Notes: a model not told the origin generated them from the sequence alone. DNA of 64,000 bases from Candidatus Latescibacterota bacterium (GCA_965261395.1 OZ253462.1:6485485-6549484), one strand, 5' to 3'. Shown: positions 35,828-46,859, counted from the first letter of the stretch. Numbers and translations: made by a program.

Positions 35828-38800
35828 TTATACAGTTGAAATAGGCGTCACGAAATCATCCCGCATCCGGAAAGCGGCAGACGAACCATTCTCGACGAGC
35901 AGGTCAAGTAGAGAGAGAATCGCCTCCCGTAGCTCACGCTGACGCTTTAGCTCCATAGGTCTCCCGTACACGTATCGCTGGAGAAGGACTTCGAGACGGA
36001 AGACAGTATCTCCTGTTCTCATCATCTGCTGAGGGTCTCCTTCTTGAAGTCGATTTGCGATGTGGATGAACGCATCGGGCAGCGACTGTTCGCCGATATC
36101 GTAGAGGAATCGAACGTAGGCGTCCAAGACCGCCGAAGAAGGCGGCAAATCTTCAAACAGCGCATGGACATGGTTGGAGTTGCCATCCAGACTCGACCAG
36201 TGGCGAATTTTCTTCTTCGGCAAATTTCCGAGGAAAATTGCCGACACCATTTCTGTTCCGTTTGTGTGCCTATCGTCAATCTGTGCAAGCCATTGGGCAC
36301 ATCGGACTTTATCCGCAAACAGCTTCCAAAGCGACCAGAATTGCGCGGTGTTTGGTTCGCAATTCTCGAAGTCGATTAACTCGCGGAGAATCCCGTGAAC
36401 TTCTCTTGGGTGACCATCTATGGCGTCCAGAATGGGCTGGAGAATCGAGGTCGCGACTTCCGATGAGGTTCGGAGAAGAAAGTCCGACAGGAGCCCCAAT
36501 GGAGTACGCTCTGTCCTATCAGCGTCCCACCACCCGACGAGCGTGTGTGCAAGTCGCTCAAACGCCTCAATTGCCACAGGCTCGGTCGGTGCTCGGCCCA
36601 AGATTGCTATGATCTGCCTGTTGGCCTCTGCGCCAACCTCCCGAGTTGAGTCGAATTTCCGGTGTGCATCGTCAGAAATCCCATCTTCTTTATCAAAACG
36701 CTCTCTGACGACAGGTGCAAACTCGGCCTTAATGTCGTCAATTGGCCGTCCATGTGAGAACTCATCTGGACGAGGGCGTTTTGAGTCGGCGTCGGCTTCG
36801 TCTTGCACCAGCATAGCCTCTGTTGCGAGGGCATTTACACAACGTATAGCCAACTCCCGATCTATTGCCCACAAGTATCTGCCAATGCCCGATGCTGCAT
36901 ACCAGCGAACCTCATCGATCGCGTGTGTCAAGGCGAGCACGAGCACCTGACGGACACAGGGCCGCTGGGCCTCAGATAGCGACTTCCCCAAAAGAAGGGG
37001 CATCACATAAGCGCATTGCCGATCGACAGACATACTGTCCTCTTGAATACGCGCAGACTCGTTCCAGTGATCGCCTTTACGCTCCACCTCCGAGCAGATG
37101 ATGTCCACACACCACTCTCTCTCGTCGTCCGACATCTCCTCCCAGTGATCGCGAATGCAGACAGCAGAGACAATTCCAGGCCCTCCTCGGTACAAATCGT
37201 CCTCCTCGTCGCTATCCTCGCCAACTGCTTGAGCTTCCTGTAGTATCTGTCGCCATTGAGCAGGATCGTATATAGTACTTGTCTTCTGATCGAAAACACT
37301 ACGTCCCCACCCCGAAAGCCCTACTCTGGCATTTATGGCTTGCAACCATGAGTCATTTTGCTCCACCATCTCCTTGACATCAGGTTCTGGTTCGTTGGGG
37401 TCAAGGCGAATGTACTTTCTGCTATCTTCAGAGGAGACGTGGTCTTCAGAATCTACAGGGGCTTCGGCTATGTGCTCTGAAACTGTGTACTGCCTCAAGT
37501 CCATACGCTGGAGCGCGAGCCGCCAGATTCGATCTCCCTCAGTCTGTTCCTCCAGCGGTGGCATCTCTGCACGGTGCTTATCAAGAACCTCATGTACCCG
37601 AGACGCAAACGGACCCAATTGGAGATTGAGGATTACACACTCAAGATCGCGCCTCCGATGGGGGTGGGCATCTGCTTTCTTCCGTTCCCCCTCGTAGATC
37701 TTATTGCGAGCGTCCAGTTGAGGCATAGACCACGAGGAAGGCCGTGATGCCTCACGGACAACTCGTTGGCGGTCGAGTTGGATACATGGCCGAGATCGGA
37801 GCAAGACCAAGAGGGCCTCGCCTGCCGCATATGGGAAGGCTGTTGCCGCACTTGCCACGACCGAGGTAAGAGCAGCAGAGTCGCTCCGTCGAAGAATGTC
37901 TAGAAGGACCTCATCTAATTCATGCGAATGCGCCTCTGCCAACTCCAGCAGCCAGTGTTCCAGTGCCATCAGGATAGATTTCAGGACATTAGGACCAACC
38001 GATGTTCCTCGGTACAGGTTCCAGAGCCGCCCATTACACCACTGTTTCCGCGATGTTCCATCCGTGAATGTCAGCGTTATATCGAAGTGGGGCTCGCCAT
38101 ACTCCGATTGCACTATGCGTTGTGCATACCACTCCGCACTATGGTTGAATACTTCAATGATGAAGGCAAGCCCCTCACGGGGGTGATGGCGAAGGAGCGT
38201 GAGAAACGGACCGTGGTATGCACTCGCCGGTAAGAAGCCGTAGCTTATGGTAGGCTTGATGCCGAACAGAAGCTCCCGTCTTAGCGGCCTTCCATGCCTC
38301 CATTCTTGTTGAAGGTCGGCCTCTGAGCATAGCAGATAGTCTTTAGAAGCCGTCTGAAAACTAGGGTTTCGATCTCTGCTTTGACTCCAAGCCGCTGGGA
38401 TCGAGGGCGTCTCGCCCTATGAAAAACGCTCGACGCCTAGATCGCTTGACCACCCGAAAAACAGCCCGACAGGGGGTTTTCAGACGGCTTCTTAGCAGCC
38501 GAGACGACCAGTTCAGGCATATCCCGAGCCGCAGGCGCACCATCCATACCTTCAAAAATGATCTTTCGGAATTCCTCTGTAGTGCGGTCTCGCTTCTCGG
38601 TCTCTTGGTTCCCGCTCAGAAGGGCGACGAACCGGTCGTGATCAGCGTCTGGAATTTTTGCAATTACTTGGAGGATTCGTTTCTGCTGGTCTCCTGATCT
38701 GTAGCCATCGAAGCTCGGAAGGAGCCAGTGTGCGATCACCGCAACAGCTTCGGCTCCGGCCGGATACGGATTTTGTAAACTGACACCCCGAGCCCAATCC

Positions 38801-41076
38801 TCAATAAGCCCTAGGAGAAGGGGCCTGTCTTCTCGGGTAAATGACGTGAGACTACCTTGTACCAACCGCAGGACGCTCGCCCAAGCTATTCCGTCCGGTA
38901 CGTTGAGCAGAGATGGACCGGCTACGGAAGTTTTCAACCACTCAGGCGTAGTCACACATGCGACTCGCAGTATATGAATCACTTGACGGAAAAGCTGATT
39001 ATCGTTCGCCAGAAGTTCCTCACGATGCCTCTCCAGAAACGCCGCCGAGGATGATGAATGTAGGAGCGAGACGAGCGTGTCATCACGAAACTGAGCAGAA
39101 ATTTTGCCCTCACGAACAGCATCTTGGAACAGCCCATCCGCAGCCTCAGGGTTCGACTCTACGAGTTCAGATACCCATTTGCGGTACGTACGGCGTACGG
39201 CAGGATGCGTCCCAATCGCAGTGGATAGCTCTTGGACCGACTCCTCGTGAATCACATACTGTTCTTGTATCCAATGCAAGATCGCCCAGTCTTCGAGGAC
39301 ATCGTGAGCCGGTGCTACAAGCCTATCGCTTTGTTGGGAAGACACTATGAGAGAGTCGTGTCGGAGGCCATCAACGGCTTCCGAATCGAAATCGCCACAA
39401 TCAGCGTATGGAGTGAGCTTCCGTGCCCGTCGCAATGCAATCTGCACAAACGCGGCATCCCGCCGACGCGGCATCCCGCCAACAGAGTGATGATCGGCTC
39501 GAACAATATCTCGCCAGAAGAGAGTCCTGAACTCTCGCTCGCTCTGAGGCAACGACCGCTCCTTTGACCACTGGACCTGCAGAGCCTTGTCGAGGAAATA
39601 GGGATTGCTCAGAACCCGGCGAAGCGCTGCATTCGCTAGCGGTCGGGACAATGGCGGGTGGGCCACTTTGACCTTCTCCAACTCCTCATCGTCCAGTAGC
39701 GGAACCGTAACGACGGCATGAATGACGTTCGCAGACCCCAAGAAGGCAGACCGGACGCGGTTGGCTGAGTAGTCGCGGCAGGTCAGCACTAGGCACCAAC
39801 TCTTGTCTTTAGCCACGAGTGTCAGGAGGTCGGTAAAAGCATCGCGAGTAGATTTTTCTAAGAGCCTTTCGACGCTCTCGACCAACATAACCTTTCGATT
39901 TTGGCCTGCTAGGATGGCCCCTAGCATCGCTGCGTTTGCCGGGATCTGGAGACTCTGAAGTGTCGCATCGAGGTGAGGATGAGCGAACTCCTCCGCACGG
40001 AAGCTGAATGCGAAATGGTCAGCTTCGAGAATGCTGATGAGATCCTTAGCAATGACGGACTTTCCGCTACCCGCAGCTCCTGAAATCAGGACAACTTGGC
40101 TGGATTCCAGATGTTCAAAGACCTGCTGCACCAAACCGCCGCGCTCCAAGTGGAGACTGCCGATCTTCGAGTGAATTCCTTCCAATATGAGCGCAGAGTG
40201 GTCATGCAACACCCGCAAGGCCTGCTGTTCGGTGTTCCCGAGCGGGGTATGACGTTGTTGCAACTCCTCGGGTAAATCACCGTACCGATAGCAGCGCGCC
40301 TCCGGCATCCCTTCTCCAACTTCGCGAAGCAAAGCGTTCCAAGAGGCTTCCGCTGCACCAACCTTATCCTGTTCGTTCGTCGTCGTGTGGGCGAGAAGGC
40401 TCTTAATCATCGCTTCCATCTGCCCGGTCGCACTGTTCAAGTCCAAGCTCAATACGTGCAATACACGGAGGAACGACCAGACTTCAGCCACGGAAATATC
40501 TCTATCTTCGATTTCTCCGATTATCTTCCGGATTTTGTCGCAGTCCTGAACAGCCTTGGCGTTAATGAATCCATCAATAGAAAGCCGACGATCAAACTCA
40601 TCTCCATCGCGAGAGGCGCGGGCGCAGTCCAACAGCCCCGAGAAGTGTCCAAGAAGGGTTTTCGTCCCTTGCAGGGTAACGAGAGCGAAGCGATCTGAAG
40701 TCTGCGAGAATTGCTTTGGATTCTTGAAGTCCTTCCAGAAATCCTGCACCGTCTTCTTGCACTCGTCATCACTCGCACTAACAGTGAAGTTCCGCTTCAC
40801 TTGGCCAGCTAGCTTCCGGTACTGGTCAGAGCCGTTTTGGCCGACGACTAGGAAATCGTCCGTATGCCAGCCAAGATGTTCCGTTTGAAGGCAAACCTCA
40901 TCCACGATACAGTCGTGTAGGATCGGCGGGATACCCCGCACCAGAAGCAGAGCAAGCCAGTAAGCATCGACATGCTGCTCGAAGAACGTGCCCGCTCCAC
41001 CAGTAGCAGCAGGACTTGGGACTCGGTCGCCGGTTTCCACAGGTCCAATTTCCAAAGAATCGTTCTCTGTCATCAT
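35828..41076 (-). pseudogene. ~1699-aa nuclease-STAND NTPase (AVAST/Avs-like) gene interrupted by a MITE
   Basis: N-terminal TDD...QVKR PD-(D/E)xK-like motif; Walker A GAAGSGKS; removing 38346-38491 plus one TTA restores one 5100-nt frame (...VSAAK-DYLLCSEADL...VQSEYGEPH...). Confidence 0.8.
38346..38491. mobile_element. 146-bp MITE, IS5-family (IS1031-group)-like ends
   Basis: Perfect 16-bp TIR gaagccgtctgaaaac / gttttcagacggcttc; TTA direct repeats at 38343-38345 and 38492-38494; no transposase. Confidence 0.9.
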
Positions 41077-41187
41077 CTCGATCTGATCAATAGCGGTTTT
41101 ATCGGTGTTGGAAAGGCCGCCTGCGAGCAGACCTTACGCGAAAGCCTCTCCACAGACTTTGAAAACTTTCCCCATAGGGTTCGGCTC

Positions 41188-41769
41188 TTAGAAATCAAAC
41201 GAGAAGGTGATTCCGTTTTTCTTTTTTTCGTAAATCACCAATTCCCCTTGGAGCTCCTCACCAAGCATGTCCTTGGTAGAGTAAGTCGATGGCTTGACTG
41301 AGACCGCTGTATCGCCGATGAAGCCGTCTATCCCTTGCGATTCCTCGGCCGGGGTTGATAGACGGTACGTAGCTCCTTTGTATTCCGCGATCTTGGACAG
41401 AATGGCCTCCTCAAAGCACAAGCCGACGAATGTCTTCGCCACGACGAGGTCCTCGACCCACTCGCGTACCATAGCTTTATCAATCTGCTGAATAGCTGAC
41501 TGAAGTTTTTCTACCATTGCATAGACCTTATCGGTCGCATCATCCAAGGCTCCCGGCTTTTTCCTTCGGTACCAAGCGTCCCATTCGCTAAAGGACTTTC
41601 CCCCGAATTCGGGGGAAAGCTCGGTCATCTGTCCAACGACCTTGGGCCTTGTACCCTGTGCATTCTGATTGGCGAGGTTCATGATCTGAGTGGTGTACTT
41701 GGGAAACTCAGGAGACCTTCCCGACACTGCTGACGCAAGTTCTGCATTGCTGAGTTGGAATTTAGGCAT
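41188..41769 (-). CDS. MjaI-family type II restriction endonuclease
   Basis: FPKYTTQIMNLANQNAQGTRPKVVGQM; EESQGIDGFIG...VSVKP nuclease motif; GAGGAG SD before ATG 41769. Confidence 0.8.
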   Translation of the reverse strand: MPKFQLSNAELASAVSGRSPEFPKYTTQIMNLANQNAQGTRPKVVGQMTELSPEFGGKSFSEWDAWYRRKKPGALDDATDKVYAMVEKLQSAIQQIDKAMVREWVEDLVVAKTFVGLCFEEAILSKIAEYKGATYRLSTPAEESQGIDGFIGDTAVSVKPSTYSTKDMLGEELQGELVIYEKKKNGITFSFDF

Positions 41770-41817
41770 TGTGTCGCTCCTCAAAGTTTTTAACTCGCTC
41801 TATATGCTTGATGCAGG

Positions 41818-42735
41818 CTAGCTGTCCTCGGCAAAGTAATTTTCGTCCAGTTTTTTCACGTCGTATATGATTTCGGAGACCACTCCGACGCCGTGATTTA
41901 TCATCAGACGGGCAAGTTCTTCACCGTCTATTAGCCGGATAAACTTATTGCCCGCCGAGATAAAACGCGCTGTTTCACGCGCCCTTGGACCGAAGAACGA
42001 AGACGTGATAAACACGCCCTTATTTGCCCCTTTCGCTTCAAGGCTGCCGGAGAAGTTGCGGATTTCAGGTTCTCCAACTTGGCTTTCCCAGCGTTTTGCT
42101 TGGATGTACACCTTCTCAAGCCCCAAGGCATCCTGATTTATGATGCCGTCTATTCCGCCGTCGCCGCTTCGTCCAACCGCCTCACCTTGGCCATAGCCCA
42201 TTTTCTCAAGCAAACTGACTACCAACCGTTCAAAACTGTCGGGCGACACCCTTTTCACCCTCTCCAATAGCTCTTCGGCAAGTCTATCACTTAACTCCCG
42301 ATAAAGCGCCGCAATTTGTTCATCGGGAGTACTATCCTCAGAGTCAGTGCCAACCCCATCGTTAGCAGCGGTGTCCGGTGAGTCAGCATCACCTCCGCCC
42401 AGTCGCACTGCATCTAGGGCGTTCCATCGCAATGAAAGAAGATCATCCGCGCCCGTTGCGAGTAGTTCTTTCCCCTGTGGGGTAATTTGGAAGTGCGCAC
42501 GCGAAGGAGACTGCAAAAAACCGGCTTTTTTTAAGTAGGAGAGTGCCCAAGTCACGCGATTTTCCAACCTCGTTTGTCCTCCCGACGGCACCTTCTCTAG
42601 TATATCATCATTCGTCAGCGAGAAACGTTCGACAATCTTCTCTATGATATACTGCTTGGGCATTATGTCTTCTTTTGCGCCATCCGCTATTTCGAGAATT
42701 GGCCGATGCAGTTCTCTCTGACTTGGAACAGCCAT
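41818..42735 (-). CDS. mrr: Mrr type IV restriction endonuclease (Mrr_N + Mrr_cat)
   Basis: RVTWALSYLKKAG; FERLVVSLLEKMGYG; DGGIDG...YIQAKRW; KGVFITSS; LIDGEEL. Confidence 0.9.
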   Translation of the reverse strand: MAVPSQRELHRPILEIADGAKEDIMPKQYIIEKIVERFSLTNDDILEKVPSGGQTRLENRVTWALSYLKKAGFLQSPSRAHFQITPQGKELLATGADDLLSLRWNALDAVRLGGGDADSPDTAANDGVGTDSEDSTPDEQIAALYRELSDRLAEELLERVKRVSPDSFERLVVSLLEKMGYGQGEAVGRSGDGGIDGIINQDALGLEKVYIQAKRWESQVGEPEIRNFSGSLEAKGANKGVFITSSFFGPRARETARFISAGNKFIRLIDGEELARLMINHGVGVVSEIIYDVKKLDENYFAEDS

Positions 42736-42875
42736 ATTTTGAATAATCTCCCTGAAAGCATGGAATCTCTTCAGACCGCTGCGGCGTAGCGGTGTCTCGT
42801 TCAACCCGCCGCCGTTGATTGCGGCGGCTCAATACCGTATCCTTTCGCTAGCACCCCTGCACAAGGAGGACAACC

Positions 42876-43715
42876 ATGGCCACACCCCGCATTGACGATC
42901 GCGACTGGTCGGCCCTCACCACCGGCCAACGCATCCGCCAACTCGAAGTCGAGGGCTACCTCGTCTTGCCCGACCTGCTCGACGCCGATCACGTCGCCCG
43001 CCTCAAAGCCATCACCGCTACGTTCGAGACCACAGCCGTCGATTACAGCGAACGCCAGCGTGGCCGCAGCAACATCCAATTCGACGGCGGCGAAATCACC
43101 GCCCTGCTCGGCCACCCGCCGACGCTCGCGTTCCTGCGCGAACTTCTGGGCGACGAAGTAATTTTCATGCACTACGGCTATGCTCGCTCCGAACCCGGCC
43201 ACCCCGGCATCAGCCTCCACGCCGATGGCCAACCCTACGGCTCCAAAATTTTCGGCTTTGAAGGCTCTTGCCCGGTGTTGATACGGGTACTCTACTATCT
43301 CGACGACCTCATCCCAGAAGTCTCGCCTTTCCGCGTGGTGCCGCGCTCGCACCTGTGCCTGCACGCCGACGCCAACCCCTATACGCGCTACAAATCCCAT
43401 CCCGAAGAAGTCATGGTTCCCTGCAAGGCCGGTTCTGCCGTGCTCATCCACCACCGCGTCTTCCACGGCAACTTCCCCAACGTCGGTACCTACCCGCGAG
43501 AAATGCTGGCCATCGCCTACCGACCTGCTTGGGCCGGGCCGATTGACGAAATCAACCCCTGGAGCGAGGAAGACCTCCAGACCTTGCCCGACGAAATCCG
43601 CCCGCTCTTCGCCAACCGCAACAAGCGCTGCTGGGACTACGACGGCGGCAACAAGCCCCCGAACATGGCCTCCGAGGCTCCGGGCATGGATCCCAGCCGT
43701 TGGGGACGCGCCTAA
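42876..43715 (+). CDS. phytanoyl-CoA dioxygenase (PhyH) family protein
   Basis: EGYLVLPDLL, LHAD, VVPRSH, HRVFH; AAGGAGG SD. Confidence 0.85.
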   Translation: MATPRIDDRDWSALTTGQRIRQLEVEGYLVLPDLLDADHVARLKAITATFETTAVDYSERQRGRSNIQFDGGEITALLGHPPTLAFLRELLGDEVIFMHYGYARSEPGHPGISLHADGQPYGSKIFGFEGSCPVLIRVLYYLDDLIPEVSPFRVVPRSHLCLHADANPYTRYKSHPEEVMVPCKAGSAVLIHHRVFHGNFPNVGTYPREMLAIAYRPAWAGPIDEINPWSEEDLQTLPDEIRPLFANRNKRCWDYDGGNKPPNMASEAPGMDPSRWGRA

Positions 43716-43717
43716 CG

Positions 43718-44458
43718 CTACCGAGTGAACACCGTCCCCCGCACGTAAGACCCTTCCTCGGAAGCCAAAAACGCCAACACCCGTGCCACCCCCATGGGGT
43801 CTCCGAGCACGGCATTCCGCTTTGCTTCCTCTGGATCGCGGCCTGCGGCCTCTGCTCCCTGCGCTATATTCTCCAGCTTCAGCGGCGTTGCAATCCCTCC
43901 AGGGCAAATCACGTGCAAGCGCACCCCTTTGGGGCCTAACTCACCTTCTAGCTTGTAGTGCAACCCGTGCTGCCCAGCCTTGCTCGCGGCATAAGCATAG
44001 GACGAAGACCCGCCCCGCACCCCTGCTCCCGAGGCGATGATCAGCAGCACGGACTGGCCCGCTGCCGCCAAGAGCGGCGTCGCGTACTTGGCCGAGAGGA
44101 AGGTGCCCTTCAAGTTGGTGTCGAGCGTCGCATCCCAATCCTCCTCCGACAGCTCCTCAATCGTCTTGAACGCTCCCTTCAAGACTCCGGCCGCGAAAAC
44201 CGCTACATCGAGGCGGGCGGTGCGCTCTCTGATCTGCGCGACCGACGCGGCCACGCTCTCTTCCGAACGCACGTCCGTGGCGTAGAAATGCGCTTGGCCT
44301 CCTGCGGCCTCGATCTGTTCCACAGCGGCTCGGCCCTCCGCTTCGTTGTAGTCGATGATATGGACGCGCGCCCCTTCTTGGGCGAAAAGCTCGGCCGTGG
44401 CCCGGCCAATGCCGGTAGCTCCGCCGGTTACCAACGCATCTTTGTTTGCTAGCTTCAC
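43718..44458 (-). CDS. SDR family oxidoreductase
   Basis: VTGGATGIG, YAASK, ICPGGIAT. Confidence 0.9.
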   Translation of the reverse strand: MKLANKDALVTGGATGIGRATAELFAQEGARVHIIDYNEAEGRAAVEQIEAAGGQAHFYATDVRSEESVAASVAQIRERTARLDVAVFAAGVLKGAFKTIEELSEEDWDATLDTNLKGTFLSAKYATPLLAAAGQSVLLIIASGAGVRGGSSSYAYAASKAGQHGLHYKLEGELGPKGVRLHVICPGGIATPLKLENIAQGAEAAGRDPEEAKRNAVLGDPMGVARVLAFLASEEGSYVRGTVFTR

Positions 44459-44554
44459 ACCTACCTCCTTCTATCGCGTGCGGCGACGCGGCAAAAGTTG
44501 CCGATATATCGCCATGGGGTATTTTCTACAAGTAATCTGTTCAAGCTCCGCCAC

Positions 44555-45559
44555 ATGACCACCAATCGCCAACTCGCCGTCTGGCTCCTCGCTGTCTCGG
44601 CCCTCATCGTCGTCCTCGTAGTGTACGGGGGCTGGGTGCGCTTGACCCGCTCGGGCCTATCCATCGTCGAGTGGAACGTTGTCACCGGTGTCGTTCCGCC
44701 GCTCAGTGCTGAGGCCTGGGAAAGCGAATTCGCCAAGTACCGGCAGACGCCCGAATACCAGCTCGTCAACTATGGAATGGGGCTGGACGAATTCAAATTT
44801 ATCTACTACATGGAGTTCGGCCATCGCTTGCTCGGCCGACTGGCCGGGTTGCTTTTTGTGGTACCCCTGCTCTATTTCCTCTACCGCCGAGCCATTCCCC
44901 GCGCCCACATACCCGCCTATCTGGGCATTGGCCTGCTCTTCGCCCTCCAGGGCTTGGTGGGCTGGCTAATGGTCAAAAGCGGCCTAAGCGACCGGCCCCA
45001 AGTAAGTCACCTGCGCTTGACCTTGCACCTTTGTTGCGCCCTAGCCCTTTTGGCTGCTTGCCTATGGCAGGCCCTCGGCTATCTGTCGTCTGCGGCAAAG
45101 GCCCGGCCGGTGCCCCGCACCGCGCGCCAACTTTGCGCTTGGCTGTTTGCCGCCGTCTGCCTTCAGATCGCCGCTGGCGGCCTAGTCGCCGGGCTCAAGG
45201 CCGGGCACCTATCGGATACCTTTCCCAAAATGTTCGGAGTTTGGGTCCCGACCGGTTTGTGGTCTATGCAGCCGCCGCTCGTAAACCTGCTCGACAACGC
45301 CACCACCGTCCACTTTCAACACCGCTTCTTCGCCTTTGCGGTCCTCGGGCTGGCACTAGCTCTGTGGGTGACCGTCCACCGCACGACCCTGAAAACTGGG
45401 GCCGGCCTAATCCTCTGCTTGGTAGCGGTGCAGATCGGCTTGGGGATCGGCACGGTCGTCGCGCACGTGCCTTTGGTCTTGGCCTCGCTGCATCAGGCAA
45501 TGGCCGTGGCCCTGTTCGCTGCCGCGCTTTTCCTCTGCCACCGCGCGTACAGAGGCTAG
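44555..45559 (+). CDS. ctaA: heme A synthase, COX15/CtaA family
   Basis: GGWVRLTRSGLSIVEW, EFGHRLLGR, QGLVGWLMVKSG, HFQHR, SLHQ. Confidence 0.9.
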   Translation: MTTNRQLAVWLLAVSALIVVLVVYGGWVRLTRSGLSIVEWNVVTGVVPPLSAEAWESEFAKYRQTPEYQLVNYGMGLDEFKFIYYMEFGHRLLGRLAGLLFVVPLLYFLYRRAIPRAHIPAYLGIGLLFALQGLVGWLMVKSGLSDRPQVSHLRLTLHLCCALALLAACLWQALGYLSSAAKARPVPRTARQLCAWLFAAVCLQIAAGGLVAGLKAGHLSDTFPKMFGVWVPTGLWSMQPPLVNLLDNATTVHFQHRFFAFAVLGLALALWVTVHRTTLKTGAGLILCLVAVQIGLGIGTVVAHVPLVLASLHQAMAVALFAAALFLCHRAYRG

Positions 45560-46275
45560 ACCGCCTCATAGCGGTTGATGATCTCGGTTTCGACCGCGCC
45601 GTCGGCCGTAATTCGGCGTACCGCAAGCGCGATCCGATGTTCGGGGTTTAGGGCTTCCCAGAGGCGGGCGGCCGCGTCGGTGAGGGGCAACAGGTAGGGA
45701 ACTCCAGAAAACGAAGGCAGTGGGTCGCCATCGGAGTCGTACGTGGTAATGGCGTAACCGTAGCCCGGCTCGACGTAGTCGAAGCGGAAGAAGTGGCGTT
45801 CGCTGCGCTCAGAGTCAAAAGGGCTAGCCTTGAGTATGGCAAGCCAAGCTTCATCGGCCTCTAGATCAACATAGCCCGCTATGCGCGGCGTGTAGTTCGG
45901 TGGATCCGGCTCGTGTAGCCAGCCAGCTAAGCTCTCGGCAAAACTGCGGCCGGCGGCAAAACCCTCGTATATGGCGTCGGTATGGACCCCATTGGAGACA
46001 ATGCTGCGCCGAGCGCAAACTCGCATGGCGTTGTAAATGATGAGCGTGGGGTCGCTCAACTTCGCGGGATCCGCCGCTTCCGTCCGCAGCACGTCACCCT
46101 CGGCGACGAAGATGCGGTTGCGGCTGTTGGCACTGCGCCCTGCGATCCAGTAAACCTGCATCCAGGTCCCCTCCGCGGCCCGTCCGATTACAATGCCGCG
46201 GCCTACATAGGGGTTTTCGGCCAACCGTTGCCGCAAGTTGGCCGTAGCCTGCTCTCCTACCGTTTCTGGCGCCAT
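45556..46275 (-). CDS. PurO-type IMP cyclohydrolase-like protein
   Basis: YVGRGIVIG, GRSANSRNR, IIYN, SNGVHTD, EPDPPNYTPRIAG. Confidence 0.8.
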   Translation of the reverse strand: MAPETVGEQATANLRQRLAENPYVGRGIVIGRAAEGTWMQVYWIAGRSANSRNRIFVAEGDVLRTEAADPAKLSDPTLIIYNAMRVCARRSIVSNGVHTDAIYEGFAAGRSFAESLAGWLHEPDPPNYTPRIAGYVDLEADEAWLAILKASPFDSERSERHFFRFDYVEPGYGYAITTYDSDGDPLPSFSGVPYLLPLTDAAARLWEALNPEHRIALAVRRITADGAVETEIINRYEAV

Positions 46276-46342
46276 GCCACATAGTATAGGACAACGCTAC
46301 ACTCGGCAAAAGCACGCCAGCATTCGCTTTTTGGCACCCAAT

Positions 46343-46396
46343 AAAAAGGCCGGTTCTTTTTCTCGACGGGGAATTATCGAGAAAAGGCACCGGCCT
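46343..46396 (-). terminator. probable rho-independent terminator
   Basis: aggccggt..tttctcga / tcgagaaa..accggcct hairpin with an A-run on the left (U-tract on the minus strand). Confidence 0.6.
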
Positions 46397-46419
46397 GAAT
46401 GAGGCGCAGCCGAGGCGGC

Positions 46420-46617
46420 CTACTTACTGCGTTTTAGCACTGGCAGACCGTTTTTGCTTTCAGACACCTCATAGCCATCCGGCACCGCGTCGAGAGCACC
46501 TTCCTTTTCGGTTTTAGAAAAGAAGTAAATCGTCTGCGAGTTGCCGTTTCTGAGGGTCGTGGTCCGAGAGTGCAGAATATACGCTGCCCCCTTAGAATTT
46601 GTATGCGAAAAAGCCAT
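46420..46617 (-). CDS. small conserved-looking hypothetical protein (65 aa)
   Basis: AAAGGAG SD before ATG 46617; MAFSHTNSKG..YILH...QTIYFFSK...VPDGYEV. Confidence 0.75.
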   Translation of the reverse strand: MAFSHTNSKGAAYILHSRTTTLRNGNSQTIYFFSKTEKEGALDAVPDGYEVSESKNGLPVLKRSK

Positions 46618-46782
46618 AGCATCTCCTTTACATGCGATATAGAAAAAGCATAGAAGTCGAACGGCGACGCACGACTTCTCTCTGAGTAGGGGAGTCTTTT
46701 TACAAAAAAAGGCCATCTGCCCAAAATCGCAACTACTTTTATCTACTCTCGCCTTGAGCTAGCACTGCCGCCAAGACGACTC

Positions 46783-46811
46783 TTGACTAAGAGCAACCCA
46801 TAGCGTAGAAT
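46783..46811 (+). promoter_or_regulatory. sigma-70 promoter TTGACT-17-TAGAAT for rpsU
   Basis: Near-consensus hexamers with 17-nt spacer; AGGAG SD downstream. Confidence 0.7.
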
Positions 46812-46859
46812 ATATTTTCTTCATATAGAAACTTAAAAACCAGGGGTTAGGAGCAGTGA

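Noticed and set aside
38349-38488. Two inverted GCCGTCTGAA 10-mers identical to the Neisseria DNA uptake sequence
   Set aside because: They lie within the MITE terminal inverted repeats, and I did not notice the motif dispersed elsewhere.
35828-41076. Two separate genes, or a programmed frameshift, for the 879-aa and 761-aa ORFs
   Set aside because: Fully explained by one insertion with TIRs and a target duplication.
42801-43907. Long antisense ORFs (e.g. 368 aa here; also 53926-55128 and 55733-56602)
   Set aside because: Shadow ORFs opposite well-supported genes, expected in GC-rich DNA.
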